A stretch of DNA of 64,000 bases from Haplodiscus bocki (lineage: Eukaryota). The stretch covers positions 56,482,001 through 56,546,000 of the forward strand of contig OZ296649.1 of assembly GCA_965655095.1 (NCBI GenBank), read 5' to 3'. Shown piece after piece: positions 62,108 through 64,000 of this stretch; positions within the stretch are counted from its first letter, which is position 1, and the number at the start of each line of letters is the position of its first letter. The position numbers and the translations under genes were made by a program. Under the pieces are notes generated by a model. The model ran no database searches. It was not told the origin of the DNA and worked only from the letters and a program-made list of their open reading frames with translations.

Positions 62108-64000
62108 AGTAGTGTATAAACAGGCATATGACGCCAAAAGCCGCGGGCGCAGCCATAACCAAATAAAAAATTAATAAAAAGTATATTATATCAATGGGGG
62201 TACACAGGTATGAAAATTAAGTGTTTTAAAAATATTTTTTCATTTACATATCAATGGGGGTACAGGAATTGAAAAAATTTTTTAACATACCTGTTTTTCC
62301 CGACCGTATAAATGCTAGAAACCGTGGAAAAATAATTACACATTTACGTGTATTTTTACGTATACAAAAACCGAAAATGTCGACATATCTTAAACATGTA
62401 GAGATTATAAAATTTTAAGCTAGAAATACAAATGATACATCGTTAGAAAGCTCGTTAAAGTTTAGTGTACGCTGAAATTTTCAACCTTGTATCTATAATA
62501 ATTGTCGAGAAAATTGACAAAATCAAGATTTTATTCTAATTTGTCTATTTTATAAAATTGTTTTTAGAAAAAGTATTCATACAAGTATATGAATAATTAT
62601 AACACTATTTGTATTTAAATTCATGTAAGTGTACCTGGATTATTATATGAATACCATTGGCGACATGCAAAATGAAAAGTATTTCTTCTATCATTGCAAT
62701 GAGTTTGAATGTAACTATGACTTGAGAAAGTATTTTAAAAAAAATCTTTTTCAATTCCATGGTATACTTTCAGTTTCATTTATATAACATCGTTTATCAT
62801 CGAATAAAGATAATGTTGATTTTTTATTTCTTGAAGATGCATTTCATGGTTAATTGAACGAAGAATATAATTATTACATTCTTTTTGATTTTCTTTACCA
62901 AACAAACATTTGTAATATTCTTCAAATTTAATATGTTTTGACCGAGATCTTGAAACTCCTTTTATTTTATTTTTATCCTCTTTATTATCTTTACCTTAAA
63001 ACGAATATGACTTTGACCTCAAACAAACAAATTCGTCTATCCAAATATTTCTAGGAGTTTCTATTTTGAATTTACCAATCACTTTTTTGTTTCTGTTACT
63101 ATATAATTCATGATTTTCATCTAAGTTACTGAAATCAAAAATATCTTACAAATTTTTTAAGTCTTTGATAATATCTTTTGTTTTCATACTCAATATCATG
63201 CCATTGGTATCTATATAATGTAATTGCAAATTTTCTTGGCCAAAATATGGTTGTAGTATATCATAATAGGTTTCATACATGTGTAATTTACTCAATTCTA
63301 ATATAGCAAAACCAACATATATAGCTTTATCCATAACTACTTCCTTTTTTTTTAATGTGAAACTATAATAATTTTCATAAGACTTTTGAATACCTTTGAA
63401 TGTTAACTTTGACTGTTGTTTAATAATTTTTTTAATATCACCTTTTTTAATTAATTCAAATCCTAAACGATTGAGAACATTTTCTAAAAATTTACCAAAA
63501 GCAGCGTTAACAAGCAATTTAAAGAAGTCTTTTTCGAAATCATTTTTAGCTTTGTTTCGTTTTTGAGTATTAAAACTAATATAACCTTCCAACCATCTGC
63601 TTTGTTTAAATGATATTACTTCATGAATTTTTTCAACTATCATACCATGTCTTACATAAAATTTTAACATCCTTTAATGAATCAGATACTTCTTTTTATC
63701 AGTCCAATCACATATCAACTTTTTTGATTTTGTATAATTTTCTGGTTTTATACTATTCATATATTCATTCTATTTTTTTGGATTTATTTTTTTATTCTCT
63801 GGACAAAACGGGAAAAATTTTGTTTTTTGTTTTATATTATCAGGATATTTTAGATCAACTTCAAGAAAATAACCAATTTCACTATCATCTGGTGTATTTG
63901 AAATTTCATTTAACCATTTCAAATACTTATCAGGATGACCATGCCACATTTCGATTTCATCATAAGGTAAAAATTGACTCATACTATGACCGTATAAATT
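62108..64000 (-). mobile_element. Polinton/Maverick (adintovirus-like) element end, continuing beyond the window
   Basis: AGTAGTGTATA terminus-like sequence at 62108, subterminal direct repeat ATATCAATGGGGGTACA twice, abrupt shift to very high AT, pPolB gene remnant pointing toward the terminus. Confidence 0.75.
62757..64000 (-). pseudogene. Protein-primed DNA polymerase B (pPolB), C-terminal half, disrupted
   Basis: NLYGHSMSQFLP (after motif A), FKLLVNAAFGK (motif B), YIDTNG (degenerate motif C YxDTD), KKVIGKFKIE, CLRSKSYSF, FDDKRCY; premature stops near 63770, 63673, 63146 and 63000. Confidence 0.9.

Overview
AT-rich, repeat-dense eukaryotic (animal) genomic DNA; the repeat families resemble, from memory only, those of acoel worms such as Symsagittifera/Convolutriloba (unverified inference). 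Almost the whole window is one + strand, intron-rich gene for a very long coiled-coil protein. I traced 29 phase-compatible exons from 221 to the stop at 59596 (4947 nt, about 1648 aa in-window; the 5' end lies upstream of the window). Its C-terminal part (NVNKWVQEQKQANEKLASKIREQ...LTAEKDHL) resembles PMFBP1/CCDC18-type proteins. Notable gene features: most symmetric exons are whole-heptad (21 nt) multiples, GTTAGT is the commonest donor, two introns appear to be GC-AG, and there are candidate alternative first, cassette and terminal exons. The introns carry a decayed RTE-clade LINE nested between inverted-repeat arms, a near full-length decayed CR1/L2-group LINE, TA-flanked TIR elements, Helitron/Helentron-like non-autonomous elements, tRNA-like relics and possible Polinton and piggyBac relics. 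The right end holds a Polinton/Maverick terminus with a pseudogenised protein-primed DNA polymerase B. Most ORFs in the supplied track are spurious or are exon-plus-intron read-throughs. No prokaryotic system, CRISPR array or intact RNA gene was seen.
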